Assembly (NCBI GenBank): GCA_024704765.1
Contig: JAKMXF010000301.1
Location: 155,807 to 219,806, forward strand
DNA: 64,000 nt
Reading direction: 5' to 3'
DNA from: Oopsacas minuta
Lineage: Eukaryota; Animalia; Porifera
Positions 1 through 12,090 of this stretch are shown in pieces. A model generated the notes under the pieces. It saw nothing but the letters and a program-made list of their open reading frames with translations, had not been told where the DNA came from and did no database searches. Positions within the stretch are counted from its first letter, which is position 1; the number at the start of each line of letters is the position of its first letter. The position numbers and the translations under genes are program-made.

Positions 1-70
1 TTTAGGAGTTTCAGGATTTTCACCACAAGCTAAAAGTTAACAACCGTAAGACAATTGTTTGCCACCCACA
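1..70 (+). repeat. Exact copy of 2826-2895; probable chimeric read segment
   Basis: TTTAGGAGTTTCAGG...GCCACCCACA is identical to 2826-2895 and is followed immediately by the Nextera mosaic end. Confidence 0.9.
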
Positions 71-89
71 AGATGTGTATAAGAGACAG
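71..89 (+). other. Nextera/Tn5 19-bp mosaic-end adapter (library contamination)
   Basis: Exact AGATGTGTATAAGAGACAG, with no Tn5/IS50 sequence nearby. Confidence 0.97.
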
Positions 90-539
90 ATATTATAACA
101 AAATATGTTCTAAGGAGTAAGCAGTTGTTGGATACACATAAATGTTAAAATCACTTTGATATATTAAGAAATACAAAAGTTATGATGTAAAGTAGTCCGA
201 TGGTAATGACAATCCATGGTCCAAAATTTCGATAGAGTGCCATTGCCTTAGTATATAGAATGCTATGGGTAATCGCATCGATGTTGTATTGTTATGGTTG
301 TAAATAATATTCAAATTCATAGTTTTAGAACAAACCATTTTACAATGATTGAGAATAAATATAGAATCGTAAAATTGGGATAGAAATCCCAATAAAGCGA
401 ATATAATTCATATCCGGTAAATCGGGATAAGAAATCCTAAATAACCGATTATGAACTTTAAAATATTCGGGTTATCGGGATAAAAAATCCCGATTAACCC
501 ATTCAATGTCCCAATTATCCTACAATTTTTCTATGTAAA

Positions 540-614
540 AAATCTGTTCCCAACCATTGTCCCGCTTAAGCGGATATCCCGATTATCCGTGTCCCTATTA
601 AGCGGCTTCTACTG
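540..614. mobile_element. Solo terminus of a pogo/Tigger-like element
   Basis: Reverse complement reads TA-CAGTAGAAGCCGCTTAATAGGGACAC; a related end TA-CAGTAGAGTCTCGTTAATAGGGACAC lies at 33166-33191. No matching partner end was found. Confidence 0.45.
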
Positions 615-1007
615 TAATTATATGATAGATCATTAAGATACAGGCTGTTCTCGACGTTCGCTGTTTCGATTAATCACTGATTTCAGTATTCGGTATTCGT
701 TAGGCCAGTTGCGTGAGATTTTAACACACATTAATATTATTGGGCCAGGGATAGTCTTTCACCGCGAGATTTTAACTAATTTATATTAATTCTTCATTGA
801 TATTGTGCTAGTATGAAATTTTAACTCTTACTTATCGGCTACATTTTCTTACTCCTATTGTAAATAATATGGTAATCTACGTACATACATTTTCCATTGG
901 TTTACGTAGGTTTATACGATTGATGGTCTTACTACTTTTTCTTCCAAAGAAATTGTTAGAAAACCCTGTTTCGGGCATTTCATATAGAATCCGTTCTCCA
1001 AGCTAAA

Positions 1008-3722
1008 AGATGTTAGCAGAAGAATACGAAGATACTAGAATCTTTTTTACACAAGATCTGTATCCAACAGCTGTCTTCCAATCTAAGATTACATGTCATG
1101 CCAAAAAGAACTTTCGTGTGAAGGCTTCACAATATGTAATCGGAGAGAAAACAAACTTTTCAAGGTAGATTTAAAAGAAGATTCTAGAACACAATGACCT
1201 TGTTCAGTTTTTTATTGTATGTTAACTTTCTAAAGATCAACTTATTTCATTATTCAAACCAGACACATAATTACTGAATGATAAGGGTTGCATTTTCGGC
1301 ACATGGATAAAATTGCGAGGGGAGCCAGTTTTGCAGCCCTGCTCTAAATATCATGGTGCTTATAGTGAGATAACTAATAATTATATATTATTCTACAAAA
1401 TCTTTTAACATGTGTGATTAGGTGATCAATAGTGGAAGTAATTGCGCTCATTAGAGGTTGTCTGCTCAGACCAAGTATCTCATATTATCAGACGCTACCA
1501 TGACAGTGCTGCACGTCCTAGAATCAACACTACATTCAAGTGTATCAAACACGAATATTTCTGGCCAAGGGATCAGCAAAGATGTTAGAAATTATGTAAG
1601 TTTTATTAATATTTACAATTGAAATGCTCATCCAACTCCAAGTAATCCAACTGAATTGATACCAATGTGTTATCTTCCTAGAGTTATTAACTGTCATAAA
1701 TTACTCGCTCTAACCCCGTTACAATATTGTATCAAAATAGTATCTGTTAGATATGCCAGCGTAGTTTTTCCTTTAATGAATTAGGAATCAAACTGTATAG
1801 AACCTGTTTGCTCGAGTTTTTGTGGCGAAAGTGCTGGATATAGTTGCATCTGTTATCACACACCTAACCTCAAGGGAAAAATCTGTTTGAGTTAGCGTCA
1901 ACTGCACATCGAAATAGTATATTATATTTCCAAGTCTTATTCTTTCATGAGCAACGGACCTACCGCACTAGTTGTGTCGCTCATGTCATAGGTGTGATCT
2001 GCACATTACTCATATTTTGCAAATACGTATGACATCTCAGACACTGTTTCTGGGTAATTCTTAGTCGAAACAAATCAATTAATTGTTGTTTTGAAATAAA
2101 TTAGAATCACCATGACTTCTGGACCCACCAAGCAGAATTAAAATGATTATATTATTCTTGAAGGGTTTTAAACTTAGATCTTGTAATGATTATTTTTGCT
2201 TTAGTCATTACGCAAGGTTTCAAATCTGTGGTATGCACACTTGTACATCACATCATTCATGTGTTTGTAGATTACGTAATACCTCTTTCTCCTTAGGTCC
2301 AATCTTGTCGTAATTGTCAATTGACTGCTTCACTACAGCCTCAGCCTCAAAGGAAACTGCAACCAATTCCTCCACCTGACCAACCCTGGAAGCACATCGG
2401 TATTGATCTGGTCTGTGATTTGTAGGAGAATACTGAAGGGTATAAACATAATTTGTCGCAAGTTGTTATTTGCCCAAATTCTGTGCAGTTCGCCCATTGA
2501 AAACCAAGACCAGTAGAGAGGTCTTGACTCAGCTGGAGAGCATATATTTTACTCTAGGAGTGCCTCAGATAATTCAACTATGATCAAGGACATGAGTTTG
2601 TCAGCAAGGTGTGTTACTTTTTTAATTTAAAGTAGCCTATATGTATGTAATTAACTAAATTGGGCGAGACTGGTCACGGTAGGTTGCTTGGAGAGGTCAA
2701 TTTAATTATAAATTAATATACAGTTGAACCTGCAGATAATCCTACATGTAAATAGTTTCGGATTTATATAGATATTCAACTATAGCTATTATAGTATTAG
2801 AATACCTGAATTTTTCAAATCTAAATTTAGGAGTTTCAGGATTTTCACCACAAGCTAAAAGTTAACAACCGTAAGACAATTGTTTGCCACCCACAAAGTA
2901 ACGAGCTTGTCGAAGCGCGCAATAAAATCATCAAAACATAAGTAGTATATAGATTACTAAATTCAACAAGTCATAATTGTTTTATTGCCTTGCCTACTTT
3001 AATAACTCCACAAAGTGCTAGTAGAAATAGGTACAGAGTGGCAGAGTAAATTATAAGCTGCTGTTCTAGCTGCTAACACTTGATGGAAGAAATCAACAGA
3101 CTACCCACCATTCTATCTGATGTACGGAAGAGAAGTTAATTACAGTCTTCTACTCGACCATTCTAACATGTTTCATTTTGAGGAGGAGGAAGAACTGAAC
3201 AATCTACAACTGCAAACTTCTAGCGATGAAGATGATGATGATACTTTCTCTCCAGTACTTGAAAATTCTGATGGATGGATAGAATCTTTGATGGAACTTC
3301 ATCCAGCACCAAATTACATGCACAAGAAAATATTCACAAGGGACAACAAACACAAAAATACCTATTCGATGATAGGGTTAACAAGAACAGGTAATCAATC
3401 ATGTAGCTATTAACTTTTGATAATCAATTACGTAATCACATTTCCCAGTACGAGCACAAAGCAAGGAGATCAGATATCGTTCTTAACATGCTAAAAGCAA
3501 AGAAAATTCATGGAACCAAGAAAGGAGGCAAATACATTGGTCCCATGACAGTATCTAAAGTGACAGAGAGTCATGCATTGGTTCTCAAGGAAGGTAGTGA
3601 TTCCAAATTAGGCAAGTATCCATTACACTTGACACGACAATATGTTCCGCGATCAGAAGCCAAATCGCCTAAACGTAAATGTACGGATGTCCCTACAGAT
3701 GTGGTGACTAAGAAATTCAAGG
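1008..3722 (+). pseudogene. Ginger A transposase exons (H2C2 zinc finger, DDE core, GPY/F region), with stops and frameshifts
   Basis: Manual translation of GT-AG separated blocks gives YHDSAARPRINTTF, CRNCQ..QPIPPPDQPWKHIGIDL, GVPQIIQ.DQGHEF, HPQSNELVEARNKIIK, AAVLAANT..KSTDYPPFYLMYGRE and KYIGPMTVSKV. Confidence 0.8.
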
Positions 3723-3782
3723 TATGTACATATTCATTTCATTGCCCTAAGCCTTTACTTTACCACGTTTCATTTGCTTATA

Positions 3783-5090
3783 CAGGATGACAATTAAGTT
3801 CTGATACACGAATATACTCTGGTTTTTCCTAAACTAGTTATTCTTTCAATCTAAATTTTCACTGACAGTTAAAGCATATTATAATAAATCTTCCTTTCCA
3901 ATTGTATTCGATATAACCGCCTTTTACCTTTACTACAGCTTTAAGTCGTCCTTGAAACCGTTGGACAGATTTACGGAGTTCTTCTTGCAGAATTTTCTGC
4001 TATTCTGTAATCAAAGACTTCCGCAGAGATTCCAAATTTCTATGCGGAGTAGCGCAGGCTCTGCTCTGTAAAGTCCCCCAGACGAAATAGTCAAGTGGAT
4101 TCAAATCCAGACTTGAAGGAGGCCATTCTTCCTTGGACAAAAGTCAATATTTTCCCCTAAGAGTCAGGATTGAGTTGCTTTCAAGGCATACGCTGGCGCA
4201 GAGTCCTGCTGGAATATCCAGGGTGTGTTTTTGAACAAGGATGAACCAGCAGATTTGATTACAGGCTCAAGAATCAAATCTCTATATGTTTGCGAGTTAA
4301 TTTTGACCCCTTGTGGGACAAAAATCAACTTTGTCCGAGAATCTGCGGACACCCCAGCCCAGATCATCACAGAAAGCGGTCTTTGCACTCGATCAATGAA
4401 TTTAATGCTCTCAGGGATGTCTTTGCATGAGGACGCAATATTTCTGTCATTTTGACGGTTAGTTGCTTCTTCTACCGTAAAAATCTTTTTGTCCGAAAAC
4501 AATACCTGTTCATTATCTTCAATTACGAGGCGCCGCAGAAGCCTTTTGCACCTTTCAAGTCTTTTACCCGAAGAGTGGGAGTGAGATGATGAACTGTATG
4601 CCGTTAGAGTGATTTAAGTCCCAAGCCATCATGTATCACCTTTCGCAATGTTTCGCGATTAACAGAGCACTCCCTTGCCATCTTCCGGATTGACCGCCTG
4701 GGATTTCGGCCGATTTTACAGCGGAGTTTTTCCCTTAGTGCTCTCGTACGAACTGTAGTCGGTCGGCCAGAACGAGGCTTGTCCTCCACACTTTTGGTAT
4801 CGTTATATCGTTTAATAGTACGATGAATGAATAATCTGTTGATCTTTTCACTTGTCAGCTTTTTCAAAATCTCGCTCTGTGTGCTCCCGGTCGTAAATAA
4901 TGAGATAATTTTGACCTCTTTACTTCCACGTTGAAATTTCTGATTTTATGCGTATATAGATTTAGATTACTGTTTGAGCATAACAGGAAGACATATATGT
5001 TAGAATTTAAATGATAGAAATGGTAATATAATACATTTGAAACGTATCAGATCTATCGGAACTATGTATCAGAACTTAATTGTCACCCTG
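3783..5090 (-). mobile_element. maT/DD37D-type Tc1-mariner element (defective), inserted in Ginger A
   Basis: TIR CAGG(A/G)TGACAATTAAGTTCTGATAC with TA on both sides. Minus-strand ORF pieces: KPRSGRP HTH, FSDKKIF..NRQNDR, VMIWAGV, FQQDSAPA, WPPSSLDLNPLDYF. Confidence 0.9.
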
Positions 5091-5551
5091 TATAGAAAAG
5101 TGAAAAGGAAGTAACTATGCTTCCCGGCAATTGGAAATTTGGCATCTCAAAGGAATCGCTCCTCAACGAACTAGAAAATTTCAAGATTCGCTCGCTTATA
5201 TTGTTGTCTACATTGTCTATGACCAAATCAAAATTTCTCAATTATCTCTTATTTTCGGAATAACGTACACTTATACACTATTCTTTTAGTTAGCATTTAC
5301 CGATCTCAAGAATCGTGGAATATATCTCCCGAAATTTCACACGACATTGAAAAGTCACGTAATTTAAAGGCTTCTGCATCCTGATGTGATCGTGTAACAG
5401 GTATTAAAAGATTGCAGCCATCTAAACATGAGGCCTACACAAGCCTGAGACTACGTTGATAAAGTGTTATATGCACTGGTAATGCTCTTGAGTCACTTAT
5501 ATGAATAATTAAAGTTATCATATGTTGCTACCAACTATACTAATTTAGGAA

Positions 5552-6248
5552 ATGGACTTCATAGAAAAGCATTTATTCAACCTAAGAGTAGATGAACTTT
5601 CACACCTCGATATTCACCATCTAGAGTCTGATAACCCCATCATTACCCCCATTACGACTGAGTGGCAGAAAGAGAAGTGCAATCTGTTAGAAATCCAATT
5701 CCAACAACCAACTGACCAACATTCTACTATGGCAGGGCGTAGAACGCGAGATTATGAGCCGTGGAAGTGCTCCAGTATTGAACGTGATGGCAACTGTCTC
5801 TTTAGATGTCTGTCTAAACTCATTTCAGGAAGTCAGGAGTATCATGCCAAGATCCGGGGTGAGATCTGTCGCTATATGGTGAGTTATGGGAAGGATGTTA
5901 TTAATTAGTACTTCAATGAGGGACTACCACTCCCTCTCGCCATATTAACAGTACTTGCATGAGCAGCATGGCAGCTGGGCCACTGATGCTGAATTAATTG
6001 CAGCCTCCGCACTACTCGACGCTGATATCTATGTTGTCAACAAAATTTATCGAACAGAGAGAAGCTTAGATACTGAAATCCGGTGGTCACGTTTGAGAGC
6101 CTCCAACAACTACACTAACAACCCTGCTCTATACATTACAAACTATTCTAACCAGTATGAGCCAGTCTACAGAATGTTTAATAGTAAAAATCCGGCCTTC
6201 TTCTTCAGCGATAAAACTCTTATTGAAACACTGATTCATAAGCATTAG
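5552..6248 (+). pseudogene. OTU-like cysteine protease domain at the 3' end of the Ginger A ORF (one in-frame stop, one frameshift)
   Basis: RDGNCLFRCLS catalytic Cys motif, GSWATDAELIAASALL, and YITNYSNQYEPV. The expected His of HYEPV appears as Gln. Confidence 0.75.
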
Positions 6249-6261
6249 CCTCTACTTTGTT

Positions 6262-6391
6262 TTCGAAATCGCTCAAAGGCAAGGTACCTCGAACTTTGTG
6301 GGGACCTCTGCTCGAGGTTATTCAGCCAAGGCAATCCCTACCATGGCGAGCCCAGATAATGGAAACGCGACCTGCAATGGCACACCCCTAG
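6262..6391 (+). repeat. 130-nt conserved non-coding block, copy A (putative structured RNA)
   Basis: Gap-free alignment to 44565-44694 with about 17 mismatches counted by eye (~87% identity). It starts 14 nt after the last stop codon. Confidence 0.85.
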
Positions 6392-6446
6392 TCCTAGTGG
6401 CGAAAACAAGAAGTAATACCACGTAAATACACCAATTCAATTAACT

Positions 6447-6505
6447 CAAGTGTATTGCAAGAAAGGCAAAGGAACTGACGAGTCCAAGCCGGGGTGAAAC
6501 ACTTG
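6447..6505 (+). ncRNA. Type III hammerhead ribozyme fold, copy A (partly decayed)
   Basis: Stem III CAAGTG/CACTTG; GUA cleavage triplet (6452-6454); stem I TTGC/GGAA with one mismatch; core CTGACGA; stem II GTCC/GGGT (two G-U wobbles) closing loop AAGCCG; then GAAA. Confidence 0.7.
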
Positions 6506-7949
6506 TTCTCCTGTCTGTCATGTGTTCTTGCTGTTGGAATTCCAAATGATTTATGTGATAACTATAAGAAGGTCCGAAACGTCTAATTGGTAAATGGTTG
6601 ATATGATACCATTCTTAAGGCAACCTCGATGTCCTGGTCTGTGTCTGGTCGCGTGTTTGTGCATGCCAAAACAGTACAATTCAATGTAAGCCTATCCGTC
6701 CAAACTCACCCAAGTTACCGATCAAAGTACACCACACAAGGATACGCTAACTCTCACGGTGGCGCCACAAACATATCTGAACCAAGTATATTCGACCGAA
6801 GTACCCTGACTCAAATACGACAGTCTCGCCAATATATATGTATACCATATACACAGGAAGATAAGGATGACTTATTCACAGATATTGCATCTGATCATAT
6901 TAAATACTACATTTGATTTATAATTATTGTAACTTATTAAATGTACTTAAAAATTTTTAAAATTGACTTCGTTTTGTTTTAGAATATTTCATGATTTTCA
7001 GTCGCTACTGATGCATTAATATAGATGAGTTAAAATTTCACGGTAAAGACTATCCCTGGTCTAATAATACTAATGAGTTAAATCTCACGCAACAGGCCCA
7101 AACACGATATTATCAGTATTCGGTGGGCAAATCGAATAATATCAGTATTCGTTTGGCTGGTATTCATGAATGTTGATAATCGGTTGGATCAGTTTCAACC
7201 TTATAAATAAGTAAGTTTACTCTCTTATGCTCACACAAGTAATATTTTGAAGTCAATGAATATAATTAACCTTATTATTGTGTAATTATACAATAATAAA
7301 ACCTCCAAAATGAAAGCCTCTAACAAGTTAAACTTCCAAAATATGAAAACTTTTTATAAATCCAAAATTTCCCCATTCTGTTAAATATTAATTAACATCC
7401 AAATTGTGAACACCTTTGAAAAGTGAAATGTGAACACCTAATCTGGTCCCAATTGACCAAATTGCATTGGATATCACCTCTAAAAAGTGAACATATTCGG
7501 TGGCTTCATTAGACAAAAGATTAGAGTTAATATTTAATGTAAATTCTGAATTGTAATTCATCATGAATAAGAAGCCCTCTTCCAGTTTAAGACTTCACAC
7601 ACTTATCTAAACATTCAAAGCATAACAAATTGCTAATATCATAGACTCCTTTAGAGAAAGACTGAAATGTGGCGATCTCGGGGTTTTTAAATTGAGTCTG
7701 AGAGGCTCCAATTAAAAAATTGAAAAAGCATTAGAACCTATATTTAACCTGTGGTTGGGGGCCAGACACAAACCAGGAAGCTTAAAATAAGAGTGTTGGC
7801 CACATTTCCCTTTGACCTTAGGCAGATATGAACTTCCTGTTTTCAAACACATTTCCTTATGTTTTCCTTATGTTTTTGGGATATTAGCATGTTTTGTGCA
7901 GTGACTGCATGGTAATGTTTTATTTATCTTGTTGCAAATATGTCTACAT

Positions 7950-8200
7950 GTTTATTAATATTGATTATGCATGATAATGTTTCATATGTTAATACTTTTG
8001 GAACATACTTTACTTGGATTGATTCTCTGATATTTTGATTGAACCTTTCCAGCTTATGATCTAACAGGATCTTTGTTTTGTTTTCAGCTTTTGTGACAAT
8101 ATGCCACGTCGTTGCAGCTGTTTTGGTTGTAGAGGAAACTATGATTGGACGCCTTACCTTAAGGTCATATCCTTCCCAAAAGATCGTGAGTAGTGGAAGA
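7950..8200 (-). pseudogene. Possible GIY-YIG endonuclease C-terminal remnant (Penelope-like)
   Basis: ORF 7924-8274 contains TAATTWHIV..ENKTKILLDHKLERFNQNIRESIQV, resembling the H..KIL..RKIRESI pattern of Penelope endonucleases. The similarity is weak. Confidence 0.3.
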
Positions 8201-8269
8201 GATGAATATTGGCAATGCCGAATGAAAAAGAAAGCTTGAGGTGCTTGAAGAAGATATATATTTGTGAGA

Positions 8270-10450
8270 GACATTTCAATTGTGAATGGGTGTCAGTAAA
8301 GGATGGAAAGCGACCAAAGAACCGCCATCAATATTACCTGGAGTACCGAAATCAGTTTTGAAGCAGGTCACCTCAGCTCCACGCCCATCATCATCTACAT
8401 CAGAATCAAGAGCTAAGAAGGTGCAGGCAGTTAATGAAGATACAGACAAGATCTAAGATTTCGACAGTTCTCGACCAAAATAAGCTCCTATTTTCCTGAC
8501 TTTAACTTCATAAAAGACCAGAAAAACCTGTACCTATCAAGAACTGACGCTATTGGACAAACTATCAAGCAGTTCTTTCATTTCCTCAAGTCAGTTCACC
8601 ATTTGGATTCCTATTCTTGAATAGAGTTGACAAAAATAGTATTGAGGTGTCCAAGCTACTATTACCTTTGCAGAACAACAGCTTGCTCTCAAATGATCCT
8701 AGATTGGATACATAACTGACTAGGTAAACGCCTATGAGTACACAAGCCAAGAAATTCTTGAGCACCCAACAAGCCAGCTCTGTAAGATAATCGAGGCGCA
8801 CGAGCTTGCTCATTTCGCCTTCTTTCTGTCGCAGCTGTGCCTTACGTATGTTTAAACCTCCTGATGGACGCCGATTTGATACTGATACTATGATTGTTGT
8901 AGTGCAGCTTCACAAGAAATCACCCAGGCATCCAAAATGATTCGCCGATTCAGTTTAATCATTCTACCAACAACAGAAAAGGAAACAGACGCTTGCTAGG
9001 AGCTGCTGGATTCCAACCTCAAAACTTTGTTTGACCAGCTTAAGCTATAGCAGCGTTTGCTAAATTTAGTGTTTGACGAGGTAAAACTGGTCGAGACATT
9101 GCGATTTTCTGGAGGGCATGTTCTAGGATACTCTCAAAATACTGCAGCGGGTGGTGACCATGAAATTCTTGCTTCACATGCTATGGTCGTTGAAGTTACC
9201 TGCCATTTTGGTGGTCCACGCTATATTCTACGTGTTTTGCCCTGCAAAAAAGCTAACTTCGGATCAGCTGAAAGAACTCCTTATCGAAGCAGGTTCAGCT
9301 GTAGTTGGTTCTGGCGGTACTGTGATTTCTTTAATATGAGACAATTGCAACACCAACCGCAGTGTTTATTCAAAACTTCGAGGACCTGGAAGTTGTCAAG
9401 TGCTATCCATTCAAGAAAATCTATGCTCTTAGTGAACGATTACATGCACATCTTCAAAAATATACGCAATTACTGGATTACAGTTGATAGCAAGACACTC
9501 ACATTTTAGTAGATGGCAATGAGTACAAAGCTTACTGGAGTGATATTCAGAAGCTTTATGAGATCGACCGAGCTACTCCTATTCGCTTAACCAAGCTGAC
9601 ACACACCGCTGTTTATCTTAGGCCTCTTCAACGGCAGAGCGTACCACTGGTATGTCAAGTGTTCAATGACAAGACTGTCGCTGCCTTGAAGACGTTCAAG
9701 GGTTCACTGGGCATCGGCGAAGGGACCATCATTCTCACCCAGACAATGAGGAAGTGGTTCAAGATAATTAATGTGAGAGACCGTTTCTCAGCTATCCGTC
9801 TTCGCAACGAATCCAGACAGCCTTGGACAGCAGACTGTACAAGTTTCACTTGGCTGGAAGAGGCCTGCCAAATTATATCTACCAGCGCATGGCAAGGAGG
9901 TGGTGGTCATAAGCTGAAGCTAACTAAGCAAACTACTGGAGCCTTCACTGTGTCCACACTTAATAATGTAGATGCTGCCAAATTGCTTCTGGCGGACAAA
10001 GACTTTGACTACATTCTCCCGGCTATATTCGCAGATGAAGCCTTGGAAAAGTTTTCCGCCAAGCCAGGCAAAAGAAGAGGTGGAAACTTTTACATTGACG
10101 TAGTTGACATTATGGCTGCAGATAAATTGTAAGCTTGCAAACACTCAGTTAGCATGACATTATGCCAGAATCTAGTTCTCGTATGCTTGATTGTGATAAG
10201 AATTGTACAACTTCTGAAAATCCAGCTGAGCGAAGTGAATTCATTGACGAGAGCACTACTCAAGACACTCAAGAACTCTGAGGTCTGAAGATGCCCTTAA
10301 GCATAAAGTTGTTTATTTCGCCGTTACCTTGTTTACACATATAGTGATAGCACTAGTATGGAGGACCATTGGTGATAAAGATGGTAACGAGGTGTCATCT
10401 GAGTTCCTAGATAATTTGAATGGTGGTGGACTGAGTGTGTCGACTATGTC
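8270..10450 (+). pseudogene. P-element/THAP9-like transposase remnant
   Basis: PSILPGVP (THAP end-like), LVFDEVKL, LICDNCNTN, HIFKNIRNYWIT, QSVPLVCQVFNDKTVAAL and FADEALEKF, spread over several frames. Ends not identified. Confidence 0.7.
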
Positions 10451-10740
10451 AATCGTCTTTTTTTGTACACAATGCCTATAATTTGCATAACCAGACTAAA
10501 ATGCGTTGCCGCTTTCATTTTGCTGAGCTATTATCCTTTGTAGATGCACCTTTAGCAGGTAATAAGGCTGCATGTACTACTTTAGCTAACATTCTATTGA
10601 AAGCTCATGTCCTCAATGTAAATGACAAAGAAAAGTCTTTCGGATGCCTCAAGAGGCAAGACAAGCTCTCTAACAAACGATAGGCATAGACAATGGTGTC
10701 ATATACATAGTGTGTGATATACATATAATATAATTACATA

Positions 10741-10859
10741 CAGTAGAACTCGGATAAGACCTACCTCCTCAAGAAGTCTAAAAACATACGTACTATCCGA
10801 GTGCACATACTAAGCTGAAGTACGTCTTATCCAGGGTACGTGCCAACCGAGTTCTACTG
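10741..10859. mobile_element. 119-bp MITE with pogo-type ends
   Basis: 13-bp TIR CAGTAGAACTCGG / CCGAGTTCTACTG with TA on the left side, plus an inner inverted motif GGATAAGAC/GTCTTATCC. Confidence 0.7.
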
Positions 10860-11289
10860 AATATGACAATAAATATCAAATTTGTGCTGCTATACACTAC
10901 TGCGTCTCATTACAATCAGTCATCTTTCACCTTAAATAGTTAGACAGAAAAAACGAGCAAAAATTACCAATATTCACCCATTTGACCTTTAAGATGACCC
11001 CAGGTGGTGTTGACAATGGTGCCATTGAACTCGCTGTCCTCAAAATCCCTAGGTGGACCCGAGATCGTGTTTCTAGCCTTTCTAGAAGTCATTATAGCCT
11101 AGGACTCAAGTTAATCCTTCAGACCCAAGTTAAAAACCCCGAGCGTGGGAGGATTCAGTCCTTCTCTAAAGGAGTCTATGGCTTCTATACATTATATCTT
11201 TAGATTAATCAGGTCATTCATATTTTTATACTATACATCGTCAGTCAAATTATTCATAACCTAATTTCGAAATGTCCTCTGGAACTAGT

Positions 11290-12090
11290 AAATCACAGCT
11301 CTCACTTGAAAAAGATAAGCAATGATTAATGACACAGATAGTGGTATGTCTCAAAGAAATTATCTGAGAAGTACAATTTGTCTTTGGGTGCAGTCAACAA
11401 GAAGTGAAGAGAAAAAGATACATTACTGATGCACATGACTTGAATGTAAACCCAAAATCAAAGCAGATGACAATAAACAGCAAGTTTGAAAAATCAATGA
11501 AGAAACACTCGCCTAGTTTCATCAGCTAGAGCTAGGAATATTCCGATCAGTGGACCTGTTACCCAAACAAAGGCCCAGAAGTCACTAAGTTTCTTGTAAA
11601 TGGGAGTTCAAGGAGTCCAATCGATGGCTGGAGACTTTCAGTAATCGCTACCAAATAAATTTTTGTCTTTATCTGGAGAGAGTGCTGGAGTGGACATGGG
11701 TGTCGTCGCATGCTGGCAACAGGCTCTGAATGGTGTTGTGAAAGGGTACAACTTAGATGTTATCTACAACTGTGATGAAACCGGGATATTGTTCAGATCT
11801 ATTCCAGCAAAGTCTTATGTGGAGAATAAAGACACAACTCATGGCATCAAACGTTCGAAAGAACGTATCACGGTTTTGCTTTGCTGCAACATGTCTGGCA
11901 CCGACAAATGTAAACCAACGGTTATAGGGAAGAGTCTTAGATCGCGCTGCTTCAAGAACATTGATCCTAAGTCACTCCCTGTGGATTACCAGGGCAACAA
12001 GAAAGCTTGGATGAATTCTGCCCGTTCACTCAGTGGCTAAATGATTTCGACAAAAAGATGCGCTTCCAAAATTGTCGAAAATCTTTCCCT
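11290..12090 (+). pseudogene. Tigger/pogo (CENP-B-like) transposase remnant
   Basis: RARNIPISGP, LSGESAGVD, IYNCDETGIL, KERITVLLCCNMSGTDK and NKKAWMNS; frameshifted and truncated. Confidence 0.8.

Larger units (their letters stand above)
707..7094 (+). mobile_element. Ginger-like DNA transposon A (intron-containing integrase-type transposase, OTU domain, 3' hammerhead)
   Basis: Imperfect ~85-bp TIRs: 707 AGTTGCGTGAGATTTTAAC...CCAGGGATAGTCTTT versus the reverse complement of ~7010-7094 TGTTGCGTGAGATTTAAC...CCAGGGATAGTCTTT. A 4-bp TSD GGCC lies at 703-706 and 7095-7098. Internal exons are Gypsy-integrase-like; no RT, RNase H or LTRs. Confidence 0.85.

Noticed and set aside
71-89. Genuine Tn5/IS50 insertion or bacterial horizontal transfer
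   Set aside because: Only the engineered 19-bp mosaic end is present, at a junction with a locally duplicated segment.
6262-6391. Firm call of the conserved block as an HDV-like ribozyme or second hammerhead
   Set aside because: No convincing P1 helix and only a rudimentary P4; the TGATGAG..GGAAAC segment of copy B lacks a proper core and is not kept in copy A. Left as an open finding.
707-7094. Gypsy LTR retrotransposon
   Set aside because: No gag, RT, RNase H or LTRs; it has TIRs, a 4-bp TSD and introns.
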